Positions 9,537 to 19,303 of a stretch of 64,000 nt of DNA are shown here, piece by piece. Position 1 is the stretch's first letter. Every line of letters starts with the position of its first letter. The stretch spans positions 154,476 through 218,475 of the forward strand of contig JBEKCB010000004.1 of the NCBI GenBank assembly GCA_050015075.1, given 5' to 3'. Both the position numbers and the translations under genes were made by a program. The stretch comes from Candidatus Brocadiia bacterium. Its GTDB lineage: Bacteria > Planctomycetota > Brocadiia > CAIUPP01. The notes below the pieces were generated by a model. It searched no databases. It was not told the origin of the DNA and saw only the letters and a program-made list of their open reading frames with translations.

Positions 9537-10505
9537 CTAGTCCCTGAAGTACCTCTGGCAAACCGGCTTCGTCCGTTCCCAGACCGCGTCGAAGGCGCGG
9601 ACGAACGGCGGCGGCAGCGGGCCTCTGCGGCAGGCCGCGAGGTTCTCGCGCAGATGCTCGACCTGGCTCGCGCCGACGATAAGGCCGTCGGATCGGGAAT
9701 GGTGGAGCAGCCACCGCAGCGACGCGGCGGCCAGCGGGATGCGGCTCTTCCTCGCCGCCTGCCGCAGCGCGCCGACCGCCGCAAAATACTCGCGCTTCCA
9801 GTACCGGTCGCGGTAGTACTCTCCCGAGAATCGGCCGGTGGCCGGGATCGCGCTGAGGTCGGAGTGCTTGCCGGTCAGCAGGCCGCCGGCGAGCGGGTTG
9901 TACGCGATGAACCGCAGCCCGAAATGCCGGCACGACGGGATGCACTCGCGCTCGACGTCGCGCGTGACGGCGTTGTACATGCCCTGGTAAATGACCGGCG
10001 GTTGCCAGCCGTTCCGCGCGCAGATGAGCGCGGCCTCCGCGACCTGCCACGAGGCGTAGTTGCTCAGCCCGATCGCGCGCGTTTTCCCCTCGCGCGCCAG
10101 GTCATGGCACGCCGCCAGCGTCGCCTCCAGCGGCGTGCGGTTGTCGGGCGCGTGAAGATAGAAGAGGTCCACGTAATCCATCCGCAGGCGGCGCAGGCTC
10201 GTCTCGAGTTGTCCGCGCACTGAGCCGGGCGTCAGGCCGCGCGGCTTGCCCTTGCCGAGCTTGTCCGGATACGCCTTCGTCGCCAGAAAGGCCTTCTCGC
10301 GTGCGCGCCCCTTGAGCAGCCGCCCGAGGATCATCTCGCTCCGGCCTTCGGTGTACATGAACGCGGTGTCCACCCAGCGATGGCCTTCGTCCAGGAACAT
10401 CCGGAGCATCCGGTCGGCTTCCGCAGCCGAGGTCTGCGCGCCGAACGTCATCGTGCCGAGCGCGATGATCGGCGTCCGCTCGAACAACTTCCCCGATTTC
10501 TGCAT
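9537..10505 (-). CDS. Aldo/keto reductase (AKR7-like)
   Basis: LGTMTFG, DTAFMY, DLFYLHAPD, IGLSNYASWQ, YQGMYN, YNPLAGGLLTGK. Confidence 0.9.
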   Translation of the reverse strand: MQKSGKLFERTPIIALGTMTFGAQTSAAEADRMLRMFLDEGHRWVDTAFMYTEGRSEMILGRLLKGRAREKAFLATKAYPDKLGKGKPRGLTPGSVRGQLETSLRRLRMDYVDLFYLHAPDNRTPLEATLAACHDLAREGKTRAIGLSNYASWQVAEAALICARNGWQPPVIYQGMYNAVTRDVERECIPSCRHFGLRFIAYNPLAGGLLTGKHSDLSAIPATGRFSGEYYRDRYWKREYFAAVGALRQAARKSRIPLAAASLRWLLHHSRSDGLIVGASQVEHLRENLAACRRGPLPPPFVRAFDAVWERTKPVCQRYFRD

Positions 10506-10520
10506 CGTTCGCCCTCCAGG

Positions 10521-11876
10521 TTACCGCAACAGGTCCAGCGTCTCCGCCAGCGTCCCGACCGGGTGGAGCTTCAAGTCGGCCGGCAGGTCCGGCGCAGGGC
10601 CGGAATGCAGCGGGACGTACGCGTGGCGGAAGCCGAGCTTGGCGCACTCGCGGAGGCGCTGCTCCAACTGGCTCACGCCGCGGACCTCGCCGCCGAGTCC
10701 GACCTCGCCGATCACGACCGCGTCGCGCGCGACCGGGAAATTCTGGAAGGACGACGCGATCGCCACGGCGATCGGCAGGTCCGCCGCCGGCTCGTCCACG
10801 CGGACGCCGCCGACCACGTTCACGAACACGTCCTGCCCGGTCAACTGGATCCCGGCGCGCCGTTCGAGCACCGCCAGCAGCATGCAGACCCGCGCGTAGT
10901 CCACGCCGCTGACCTTGCGCTCCGGCGAGCCGTAACGCGCCGTCGCCAGCAGCGCCTGCACCTCCACGAGCAGCGCGCGCGTGCCTTCCATGCACGGCAC
11001 CACCGCCGCGCCGGTCACCACACGGCGGCGGTCCGAGAGGAAAAGCTCCGACGGGTTCGCGACCTCGGCGAGTCCCTCGCGCGTCATCTGGAACACGCCG
11101 ACCTCGTTCGTCGGCCCGAACCGGTTCTTCACCGCGCGCAGCAGCCGGAAGGCGTGATGCCGGTCGCCCTCGAAATAGAGCACCGTGTCCACCATGTGTT
11201 CGAGCGTGCGCGGGCCGGCCAGCGCGCCGCCCTTGGTCACGTGCCCGACCAGGTACAGCACGTGCCCGTGCCGCTTGGCGTGATAGACCAGCCGGGTGGC
11301 CGACTCGCGCACCTGGCCGACGCTGCCCGGCGCCGACGGCAGCTCGGGCATGAAGACCATCTGGATGGAATCCACCACGACCATCTGCGGGCGCACGCGC
11401 TCGATCTGCTGAAGGATCGCCTCGACGCTGGTCTCCGAGAGCAGGAACAACTGCGGCGTCGCGATCCCCAGCCGCTCCGCGCGGATCTTCGTCTGCAGGA
11501 GCGACTCCTCCGCCGCCACGTAGAGCACCTTCAGCCCGGCGGCCGCGACGCGATCGGCCGCCTGGAGCAGCAGCGTGGACTTGCCGATCCCCGGATCGCC
11601 GCCGATCAGCACCGCCGACCCGAGCACCGCCCCGCCGCCGAGGATGCGGTCGAACTCCTGGATCCCGGTCAGCACGCGCGGCGCGTCCACGGACTCGACT
11701 TCCGTGATCGGCATCGCCTCGCCCGCCGCGAGCGCCGGCTGCTCGCGCACCGGCTCCGGCACTACCCGCTCCTCGACCAGCGAATTCCACTCCTGGCAAT
11801 CCGGGCATCGCCCCGCCCACCGCGCCTGCTGCGACCCGCACTGCTGGCAGACGTAAATCGTCTTCGCCTTCGCCAT
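10521..11876 (-). CDS. radA: DNA repair protein RadA/Sms
   Basis: CQQC...CPDC zinc finger, GGDPGIGKST Walker A, KNRFG motif, Lon-like C-terminus. Confidence 0.97.
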   Translation of the reverse strand: MAKAKTIYVCQQCGSQQARWAGRCPDCQEWNSLVEERVVPEPVREQPALAAGEAMPITEVESVDAPRVLTGIQEFDRILGGGAVLGSAVLIGGDPGIGKSTLLLQAADRVAAAGLKVLYVAAEESLLQTKIRAERLGIATPQLFLLSETSVEAILQQIERVRPQMVVVDSIQMVFMPELPSAPGSVGQVRESATRLVYHAKRHGHVLYLVGHVTKGGALAGPRTLEHMVDTVLYFEGDRHHAFRLLRAVKNRFGPTNEVGVFQMTREGLAEVANPSELFLSDRRRVVTGAAVVPCMEGTRALLVEVQALLATARYGSPERKVSGVDYARVCMLLAVLERRAGIQLTGQDVFVNVVGGVRVDEPAADLPIAVAIASSFQNFPVARDAVVIGEVGLGGEVRGVSQLEQRLRECAKLGFRHAYVPLHSGPAPDLPADLKLHPVGTLAETLDLLR

Positions 11877-12039
11877 CGAATCTCCTCTCGCGCGTAGATT
11901 AGTTGGCCGGCCCCGACCTGTCAAGGCGAAACGGCTGGGAGGTAGAAATAAGTCGCCTGATACCCGGAACTCCGGGATTCCCCAGTTCGTAGGCTGCCTT
12001 GCGATCTGGCACTTCGCGGTTTACAATTAGGTCAATGGA

Positions 12040-12534
12040 ATGTACGGGAGAAAAGCCTTGCGCAAGATACGGGTTTATGTTGATACCTCCGTCTTTGGCG
12101 GCACGCAGGACGAGGAGTTCGCCGAAGCCACGAAGAGGTTCTTCGATCGTGTTCACCAAGGACGCTTCCGCGTCCTGGTATCGCAGGTCACGGCAGATGA
12201 GTTGACCGATGCGCCGCCGGCGGTTCAAGCGATTCTCAGGGAACTGCCCCGTCTCAGCATCGAGAGGGTGACCGCCGAGAAAGAGGTGCTTGCTCTTGCC
12301 ATGGCTTATATCGCTGTAGGTGCTCTTGGACCGGCCCAGCGTGCAGACGCGATTCATGTTGCCACCGCGACTGTGGCGCGCGCTGATCTCATTTTGAGTT
12401 GGAATTTCAAGCATATCGTGAACTTCGACCGCATTCACAAATTCAATGCCGTGAATCTTAAGCGCGGCTATCCGCAGATCGAGATTCGCAGTCCGCTGGA
12501 GGTGGAGTATGGCGACGAAGACCAAGACGTTTGA
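12040..12534 (+). CDS. PIN-domain protein (VapC-like toxin)
   Basis: VYVDTSVFGG, DAIHVATA, SWNFKHIVN; start uncertain; lower GC. Confidence 0.85.
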   Translation: MYGRKALRKIRVYVDTSVFGGTQDEEFAEATKRFFDRVHQGRFRVLVSQVTADELTDAPPAVQAILRELPRLSIERVTAEKEVLALAMAYIAVGALGPAQRADAIHVATATVARADLILSWNFKHIVNFDRIHKFNAVNLKRGYPQIEIRSPLEVEYGDEDQDV

Positions 12535-12688
12535 CTGCGTGGAAATGAAGAACCGCATCCAAGCGCAGCGGTTGGCGGAATACGAGGCGCACAAGGCAGA
12601 GTTCGGCTCGTACATTGACTTTGTCAACGCGAGATTGAAGAAATCAACCGTCTGGAAGGAGTTGGCCAGAAAATCAGAGAAGGGTTGA
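12509..12688 (+). CDS. Small putative antitoxin (59 aa), absent from the ORF track
   Basis: Manual translation MATKTKTFDCVEMKNRIQAQRLAEYEAHKAEFGSYIDFVNARLKKSTVWKELARKSEKG; GGAGGTGGAG RBS; overlaps the PIN gene end. Confidence 0.65.
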   Translation: MATKTKTFDCVEMKNRIQAQRLAEYEAHKAEFGSYIDFVNARLKKSTVWKELARKSEKG

Positions 12689-12741
12689 TCACAAGATCGT
12701 TAGAGATAAGACGTGTGACTATCCTCGTTATTCGTCTTTTC

Positions 12742-13023
12742 CTATTTTCCGAACACCTTGTGAAGTCCGAAGTAGGCGCATACCCCGCAGCCGGCGGACA
12801 AGAACATATAAATATACGCTTTCATCTGGTCCCACCAGGTTACTTCCGGCTCTTCTTCATCGTCATGGTCGCCCTCAAGTATCGAAAAGATTGTCCTCCT
12901 GCGCCGACTGCGGCAGCATTCCCAGAAATCGTCCATGTCATTGAAGAAGACGTGGAAGAGCGCCCAAGCGACAAGCGCTGTGACTACTATGGATGCCGCG
13001 ATAATCACCTGCGCTATTCCCAC
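12742..13023 (-). CDS. Small hypothetical two-TM membrane protein
   Basis: 93 aa with two hydrophobic helices; GTG start overlaps the guaA stop. Confidence 0.5.
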   Translation of the reverse strand: MGIAQVIIAASIVVTALVAWALFHVFFNDMDDFWECCRSRRRRTIFSILEGDHDDEEEPEVTWWDQMKAYIYMFLSAGCGVCAYFGLHKVFGK

Positions 13024-14600
13024 TCGATGGTGCTCGGCGGCTTGGAGCTGATGTCGTAGACTACGCGGTTGACGCCTTTGACTTCGTTGATGATGCGGTT
13101 GCTGATGTGGGCGAGCAGGTCGTACGGCAGGCGCGACCAGTCGGCGGTCATGAAGTCCTTCGTCTCGACGGCGCGCACGGCGATGGCGTTCTCGGCGCTG
13201 CGCTCGTCGCCCATGACGCCGACGGATTTCACCGGTAGCAGGACGGCGAAGCTCTGCGCGACGGCGCGGTAGAGGCCGGCGCGCTTGATCTCCTCGACGA
13301 CGATGGAGTCCGCCTTGCGCAGGATGGCCAGGCGCTCGGGGGTGACTTCGCCGGCGATGCGCACCGCCAGGCCCGGGCCCGGGAACGGCTGCCGCCAGAC
13401 CATTTCCTCGGGCAGGCCGAGGTCGAGGCCGATCCGCCTTACCTCGTCCTTGAACAGTTCGCGCAGCGGCTCGATCAACTCGAAGCCGAGTTCCGCCGGC
13501 AGGCCGCCGACGTTGTGGTGTGTCTTGATCGTCGCCGAGGGGCCGCCGATCGGCGAGCGGCTCTCGATCACGTCGGGGTAAAGCGTGCCCTGCGCGAGGA
13601 ACCGCGCGCCGGGAATCTTTTTCGCCTTCTCGCGGAAGACCTCGATGAACGTGTGGCCGATGATGCGCCGCTTCTGCTCAGGGTCGGCGACGCCGCGCAG
13701 CTTGTCGAGGAAGAGCGCCGCCGAGTCCGCGACGACCAGGTCCACGCCGAAGTGGTCGCGGAACGTGCTGCGCACGCTCTCGACCTCGTTTTCGCGCATC
13801 AGGCCGTTGTCCACGAGGATGCAGTGCAGCCGGTCGCCGATCGCCTTGTGGACGAGCATGGCGACGACGGAGGAGTCCACGCCGCCGGAGAGCCCGCAGA
13901 CGACGTGCCCGTCGCCGACTTTCCCGCGGCAGGCGGCGACGGCGCTCTCGATGAACGCGGCCATCTGCCAGTCGCCGCTGCAGCCGCAGACCGCGCGAAG
14001 GAAATTGCGCAGGATGTCGTTGCCGAGCGGCGTGTGCGAGACTTCGGGATGGAACTGCACGCCGTAGAACTCGGAGCCGCGGTGCCGCACGGCGGCGTAG
14101 GGACAAGTGGCGGTCTGGCCGAGCGGGATGAACTCCTCCGAGATCGCGTTGACCTGGTCGCCGTGGCTGTTCCAGACGATCAGCTCGCTCGGCAGGCCGG
14201 CGAAGAGCTTGTCGCTGTCGAGGACGCGCAGCGTCGTCCGGCCGTACTCGCGCGCGGGCGTGGGCTTCACGTCGCCGCCGAGCAGCAGCGAGCCGAGTTG
14301 CATGCCGTAGCAGATGCCGAGGATCGGGATGCCCAGCCGCAGGATTTCCGGGTCGCAGCGCGGCGCCTTCTCCGCGTAAACGCTCGCCGGCCCGCCGGAG
14401 AAGATCAGCCCTTTCGGCGCGCGGCGGCGGATTTCGGCGGCGGAGATGGTGAACGGGACGATCTCCGAGTACACCTGCAACTCGCGCACGCGGCGCGCGA
14501 TGAGCTGCACATACTGCGAGCCGAAATCCAGGATCAGAACGGTCTCATGCGAGACGGCTGCTTTCACGGCATCCTCGTCGAAGCCAGAATGATGAGTCAT
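13014..14600 (-). CDS. guaA: GMP synthase (glutamine-hydrolysing)
   Basis: [39 protein letters not shown]-terminal KPPSTIEWE. Confidence 0.98.
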   Translation of the reverse strand: MTHHSGFDEDAVKAAVSHETVLILDFGSQYVQLIARRVRELQVYSEIVPFTISAAEIRRRAPKGLIFSGGPASVYAEKAPRCDPEILRLGIPILGICYGMQLGSLLLGGDVKPTPAREYGRTTLRVLDSDKLFAGLPSELIVWNSHGDQVNAISEEFIPLGQTATCPYAAVRHRGSEFYGVQFHPEVSHTPLGNDILRNFLRAVCGCSGDWQMAAFIESAVAACRGKVGDGHVVCGLSGGVDSSVVAMLVHKAIGDRLHCILVDNGLMRENEVESVRSTFRDHFGVDLVVADSAALFLDKLRGVADPEQKRRIIGHTFIEVFREKAKKIPGARFLAQGTLYPDVIESRSPIGGPSATIKTHHNVGGLPAELGFELIEPLRELFKDEVRRIGLDLGLPEEMVWRQPFPGPGLAVRIAGEVTPERLAILRKADSIVVEEIKRAGLYRAVAQSFAVLLPVKSVGVMGDERSAENAIAVRAVETKDFMTADWSRLPYDLLAHISNRIINEVKGVNRVVYDISSKPPSTIEWE

Positions 14601-14844
14601 AAAAGATACGCGCGCCGATTATATGGCCGGCCGGCGCGCGGCGTCAACACGGGTCAGCGCGCGGGCGCTCGATTCCGCTGAATCCTGCGCGCCGGGACTG
14701 CTCATTCCGGGCGTCACGGCAGGCTAAATTTGCATTTTTGAGGCGAAAAGCGTTTAATTCCCTGGAAATGTCGGGGGCGGAAAACCCGCTGACGGGTGTA
14801 AGCGGGCGCGGACTGCTTCCGGGGTTCTTATGCGGAGGGTCGGT

Positions 14845-15384
14845 ATGCGTTACTTGCGGGCGTTGGCCATTGCCGTCGTCATGCTGCCGTTGGTGGCGGG
14901 AACCGGGTGCGTCACCAGGCAGACGTACGACACGGACATTCAGGTCGAGCGCGACAAGACGGTCAAGGCCATGAAGGAACGCGACCAGGCCAAGATTGAC
15001 CTGAAGAAGGCCAATGACACCATCGCCGATCTGACCCAGAAGGTCGCCTCGGTCTCCAAGCTCCAGGACCAACTCGCCGACGCGCAGAAACGCGCGGAGA
15101 TCGCCGAGGCCTCGGTCAAGACCGAGGTGGATAAGGCGAAGAAGGCGCAGGCAACCGCCGATCAGGAGAAGAGCCGCGCGTCCAGCCGCACCACGGCCGC
15201 GGAGCTGACCAAGGCGCGTGAGGAGATCGTGACGTTGAAGAAGGAAGTGGAAAAGCTGAAGAAAGAGATGAAAGAGCCGAAAGAGACGAAAGAGCCGAGG
15301 CCGATGCCGCCTCCGCCGGCGGCGCCGCCTGCTCCGCCGGTCGCGCCGGTCACGCCGGTCACCCCTGCTGCTCCGCCCAGATAA
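14845..15384 (+). CDS. Coiled-coil lipoprotein with Pro-rich tail
   Basis: Signal peptide with lipobox-like AGTGC then VTRQTY; heptad K/E/A-rich body; GGAGG RBS. Confidence 0.7.
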   Translation: MRYLRALAIAVVMLPLVAGTGCVTRQTYDTDIQVERDKTVKAMKERDQAKIDLKKANDTIADLTQKVASVSKLQDQLADAQKRAEIAEASVKTEVDKAKKAQATADQEKSRASSRTTAAELTKAREEIVTLKKEVEKLKKEMKEPKETKEPRPMPPPPAAPPAPPVAPVTPVTPAAPPR

Positions 15385-15410
15385 ACTTTACTTGTCGTTC
15401 GGGATAGCTG

Positions 15411-15460
15411 ACCGGCCACGCGAGCCACGCGCTTGTGTGGCCGGTTTCTTATTGGGAGGC
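15411..15460 (+). terminator. Intergenic hairpin / possible terminator
   Basis: ACCGGCCACGCGAGC-CACGC-GCTTGTGTGGCCGGT-TTCTT. Confidence 0.55.
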
Positions 15461-15466
15461 GCTGAG

Positions 15467-16018
15467 ATGCGGCATTCGCAGACATGGGCCGTCACGGCCG
15501 TTGCAGCGGCGCTGATGATGGGCGCCGGTTGCGTAACGCGAAGCACGTACAATCACGACCTGGCAATCGAGCGGTCCAGGACCGAGGCCGAGCGGCTGAA
15601 GACCGCCGCCGTGCAGGAGAAGCTCGACCAGGCCAACCAGGACGTCAAGAAGGCGTGGGACGCCATCGCGCAGAAGGCGGCCGACTACACGACCAACCAG
15701 AAAGCCGCCGACGACGCGCGCCGGCAGCTTGCCGGCCTGAGACAGCAGATTGATCAACTCAAGAATGCGGAAAAGACCACCAAGGCGACGACGGACAAGG
15801 CGAACAGCGACGCGGCGGAGAAGCTGAAGAAGCTGCAGGACCAGTTCGACGCGGCGCAGAAGGAAAACGCCGATCTTCACGAGCTTGCCGAGAAGCAGAA
15901 GGCGCAGATTGCGGACCTCCAGGCGCGGCTCGGAGAGAACGGCTCCCCGGTGCGCCCGCCGATCCATACGGCGCCGATGATGCCGGCGACCGGCGCTCCG
16001 GCGCCGGCGGGGACATGA
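15467..16018 (+). CDS. Coiled-coil lipoprotein, paralog of the upstream gene
   Basis: Lipobox MGAGC then VTRSTY; coiled coil; Pro-rich tail; GGGAGG RBS. Confidence 0.7.
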   Translation: MRHSQTWAVTAVAAALMMGAGCVTRSTYNHDLAIERSRTEAERLKTAAVQEKLDQANQDVKKAWDAIAQKAADYTTNQKAADDARRQLAGLRQQIDQLKNAEKTTKATTDKANSDAAEKLKKLQDQFDAAQKENADLHELAEKQKAQIADLQARLGENGSPVRPPIHTAPMMPATGAPAPAGT

Positions 16019-16024
16019 GGCGGG

Positions 16025-16639
16025 TTACCAGTAGATGTACCGCTGGAATTCCGTCCGCTCCTTCGGCGTGAGCTTGTCGAGGTCCGGGATCAAGTAGCGG
16101 TTGTTTTCGAGGCTGATCAGGACCTTGCCTCGCTGTCCGTAATCCACGGCGCGGTCCTGCGACCAGCGCATGTAGAAACTCGACGGCCCCTTGTCGGTCT
16201 CCACCTGGAACGCGACGAGGCCGTACTTCCAGCCGACCTCGACGATGGCGGTGATGGTGTGGATGAAGTAGCGCCGCGCCAGCGCCTGCCGGACGAGATC
16301 CTGCGCCGGCGGCGGGAACGCGTCGAGGTCGCGGATGAGGCCGATCTCCACTTCCTGCTCGCCCACGCTCTGCAGCAGCGAAATATAGCCGCCCGGATAC
16401 GCCACGGGAAAGGCGTACGCGGCGTACACGCCGCCGTAGATGTCCTCGTTCAGAACCGTCACGTGCAGCGCGCCCAGGTTGCCCAGGTGGATGCGGCACA
16501 TGTCGGGCGTGAGGAACCGCGTCCGCGTCGGGTCCAGTCCCGTCGGCGCGCACTCGGCGTCCATGTTCTTCACTTCAGGCGGCGTTGCCACTCCGGCCAC
16601 TCCTTCTAGCACAACGGCCATGACGACGGCGAAACTCAC
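16025..16639 (-). CDS. DUF1854-family protein
   Basis: AFPVAYPGGYISL, EIGLIRDL, VETDKG, NRYLIPDL pattern; coupled to the ABC transporter; start uncertain. Confidence 0.75.
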   Translation of the reverse strand: MSFAVVMAVVLEGVAGVATPPEVKNMDAECAPTGLDPTRTRFLTPDMCRIHLGNLGALHVTVLNEDIYGGVYAAYAFPVAYPGGYISLLQSVGEQEVEIGLIRDLDAFPPPAQDLVRQALARRYFIHTITAIVEVGWKYGLVAFQVETDKGPSSFYMRWSQDRAVDYGQRGKVLISLENNRYLIPDLDKLTPKERTEFQRYIYW

Positions 16640-18921
16640 TTCTTCCCGCTGGCCACGACCTGGTCCACGTTCGGCTCGCGCGAAAGCTCGGTCTGGATTT
16701 TCACCAGCCGGTAGTACATCCCGCCGAGCGCCAGCAGTTCCTCGTGGGTCCCCTGCTCGATGATCCGGCCCTCGTCCACGACGATGATGCGGTCGGAGTT
16801 CTTCAGCGTGCTGAGCCGGTGGGCGATGGCGATCGTCGTCCGCCCCTGCGTCACGCGCGCGAGCGCCTCCTGGATGAGCTGCTCGCTCTCCGTGTCCACG
16901 TTGCTGGTGGCTTCGTCGAGGACGAGGATTTTCGGATCGTAGAGGAGCGCGCGCGCGATGGAGATGCGCTGCCGCTCGCCGCCGGAGAGTCCGGCGCCGC
17001 GCTCGCCGATGTAGGTGTCGTAGCCGAGCGCGTGGCGGATGATGAAATTGTGCGCGTTGGCCGCCTTGGAGGCGGTCAGCACCTGCTCGGGCGTCGCGTC
17101 GTGCCGGCCGTAAGTGATGTTCTCGTAGATCGTCCCGCGGAACAGGAAAGGCTCCTGCAGCACGATGCCGACGGTGCGGTTGAGGTCGCGCGCTTCAATG
17201 TCGCGCACATCGGCGCCGTCCACGAGCACCACGCCCTCGTCCACGTCGTAGAAGCGGGCGAGCAGGTTGATGAGCGTCGTCTTGCCCGACCCGCTCTTGC
17301 CGACGATGCCGATCCGCTCGGCGGGCTTGATCTCGAGCGAGACGTTCTTGATGACCGGCTCGTGCCGGCTGTAGCCGAACGTCACGTTCTTGAACGACAC
17401 CGCGCCCTGCGGCTCGGCCAGCCGCATGGGCTTCTCGGCCAGCATGATCTGCGGCGACGTGTCGAGGATCTCGAAGGTCCGCTGCGCGGCGGTCAGGAAG
17501 CGCGTAAACCAGTCGGTCAACTGCGTCATGTACGTCAGCGGCGCGTAGAACATTCCCAGGTATGCGAAGAACGCCATCAGGTCGCCGAGCGTCAGCCCCC
17601 GTTTGGCGATGACGTCGCGGCCGCCGACGTCCCAGACGATAAGGCTGCCTAACGCGAAGATCAATCCCATCGCCGGGTTGAAGAGGCTCGTCGCGTATTC
17701 GACCCGGCGCGACGAGTCGCGCACGTACGCGCTCGAACGCGCGAAGCGCGCCTCCTCGTGCGGCTCCTGGCCGAACGCCTTGACGACGCGGATGCCCGAG
17801 AGCACCGAGCCGAACGCGCCCATCATCCGGCTGCCGCTGTCCCAGACGCGGAAGTACCGCGGGTAAACGCGCTTCCAGTAGAAGATGCTGGCGATGACCA
17901 CCAGCGGCGCGGGCAGCAGCGTCCACAACGCCAGTTTCCACGAGATGCTGAACAGCATCAGGCCGGTGACGATCACCATCAGGATCTGCGCCAGGAAGCC
18001 CTGCGTGGCCTGCCGCACGAAGTCGCGCATCGCGTCCGTGTCGTTGCCCATGCGGCTGATGAGATGCCCGACGCTGTGCCGGTCGTAGTAGTCCACGCTC
18101 AACTGCGTCAGCTTCTTGAAGAGCGCGTTGCGCAGGCCGTTGGTGACCTCGGTGCCGACGAAGCTGCTCAACCGGCCGTTGATGGCGTTGCCGATGGCCG
18201 TCAGGACCAGGACCCCGAACAGGCAGGCCACCAGGCGTATGAGCGAGGCGGTGCGCGCCGCCTTGTCCACCGAGGGGTTGTTGAGCACGTCGTCCACGAG
18301 GATTTTCGTCAGCCGCGGCGGCACCATCTGGAGGGCGATGACCACAAACAGCACGACCAGCATCAACGCGGCCCAACCGCGATACGGCCTCATGAGCGCC
18401 AGCACGCGCGAGAGCACTTTGCCCCGGTCCACGCAGCGCCGGCAGAGTTCGCCCTTGTGCTCAAGGGTCAGCCCGCACTTCGGGCACTTGCGCGGATCGT
18501 AATCGTCGTCCGGGCCGACCTCCACCGGTTCGTTAGCGAGCCACTTCTTCAGCTTGGTGGCGACTTTGTGGAAGGTGTCCGCGCTGGCGTTCGAATAGGC
18601 GAGGATCTCGACATAGACGCCCTCGACGCGCGCGTCCATGAACCCGCCGCCGATGCCCTGCCGCGTGCGGATTTCGGTGATGTCCTGGCGCGCCAGCGCG
18701 ATCCGCACCGCCTTCGGGCTTTTCGCCGTCGGCCGGCCGACCGTGAGCAGCCGGTTCGGCTCGGCCAGCAGGAACACCTGCTCATAGTTGCCGGAGAGGT
18801 TCAGGTCCGTCTCCGTGCACAGCCACGTCCCGCCCGGATCCACGCCCTCGCTGCGGAGCAGATCGGCCAGGTCTTTCGGGAGGTCCCGATTCAGCAGAAC
18901 CGAACGGCCTTCAGACATCAT
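16636..18921 (-). CDS. ABC transporter, fused TMD-NBD, with N-terminal extension containing CxxC motifs
   Basis: GKSGSGKTT, LSGGERQR, LVLDEATS, IAHRLST; CPKC...CRRC before the TMD. Confidence 0.93.
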   Translation of the reverse strand: MMSEGRSVLLNRDLPKDLADLLRSEGVDPGGTWLCTETDLNLSGNYEQVFLLAEPNRLLTVGRPTAKSPKAVRIALARQDITEIRTRQGIGGGFMDARVEGVYVEILAYSNASADTFHKVATKLKKWLANEPVEVGPDDDYDPRKCPKCGLTLEHKGELCRRCVDRGKVLSRVLALMRPYRGWAALMLVVLFVVIALQMVPPRLTKILVDDVLNNPSVDKAARTASLIRLVACLFGVLVLTAIGNAINGRLSSFVGTEVTNGLRNALFKKLTQLSVDYYDRHSVGHLISRMGNDTDAMRDFVRQATQGFLAQILMVIVTGLMLFSISWKLALWTLLPAPLVVIASIFYWKRVYPRYFRVWDSGSRMMGAFGSVLSGIRVVKAFGQEPHEEARFARSSAYVRDSSRRVEYATSLFNPAMGLIFALGSLIVWDVGGRDVIAKRGLTLGDLMAFFAYLGMFYAPLTYMTQLTDWFTRFLTAAQRTFEILDTSPQIMLAEKPMRLAEPQGAVSFKNVTFGYSRHEPVIKNVSLEIKPAERIGIVGKSGSGKTTLINLLARFYDVDEGVVLVDGADVRDIEARDLNRTVGIVLQEPFLFRGTIYENITYGRHDATPEQVLTASKAANAHNFIIRHALGYDTYIGERGAGLSGGERQRISIARALLYDPKILVLDEATSNVDTESEQLIQEALARVTQGRTTIAIAHRLSTLKNSDRIIVVDEGRIIEQGTHEELLALGGMYYRLVKIQTELSREPNVDQVVASGKK

Positions 18922-19102
18922 TATCAACTTCCTTGTCGGCGGTCAGAATGCACTGCGTGTCCCCGGGCGCCGGGCCCCATAGATGGGGTATTTTACCGCG
19001 TTCGACGAATCTGCGCAAGATTAGCGCAGTTCGGCTGGGGAAAAGCGCCGCGGATAGCAGATGGAGTCGGTCACCGGAGGCGCGAAGGCGGTCTGAGAAA
19101 GA

Positions 19103-19177
19103 TGGAGCCAGAGGTGGGAATCGAACCCACAACATCCGCTTTACGAAAGCGGCGCTCTACCATTGAGCCACTCTGGC
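19103..19177 (-). tRNA. tRNA-Thr(CGT)
   Basis: GCCAGAGTGGCTCAATGGTAGAGCGCCGCTTTCGTAAAGCGGATGTTGTGGGTTCGATTCCCACCTCTGGCTCCA: cloverleaf, anticodon CGT, encoded CCA. Confidence 0.97.
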
Positions 19178-19237
19178 TCTCGGCCTTATCCGGGCGAAGA
19201 GTATAGCAAGCGCGTTTCTCGCGCGCAACGGCACCGC

Positions 19238-19303
19238 GACGATAGACTATGGACGATGGACGATACGCCACGGTAGCGCGTCTATCGTCCATCGTCCGTC
19301 GTC
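19238..19303. repeat. Inverted heptamer (GACGATR) tandem array
   Basis: GACGATAGACTATGGACGATGGACGAT ... TCTATCGTCCATCGTCC; same family at 20231-20338 and 45381-45445. Confidence 0.75.

Noticed and set aside
16025-18921. Cyanophycin metabolism locus
   Set aside because: The ABC plus DUF1854 pair is often linked to cyanophycin genes, but no synthetase or cyanophycinase is in the window.
19103-19177. tRNA-anchored genomic island
   Set aside because: No integrase and no duplicated tRNA 3' end was noticed in the window.
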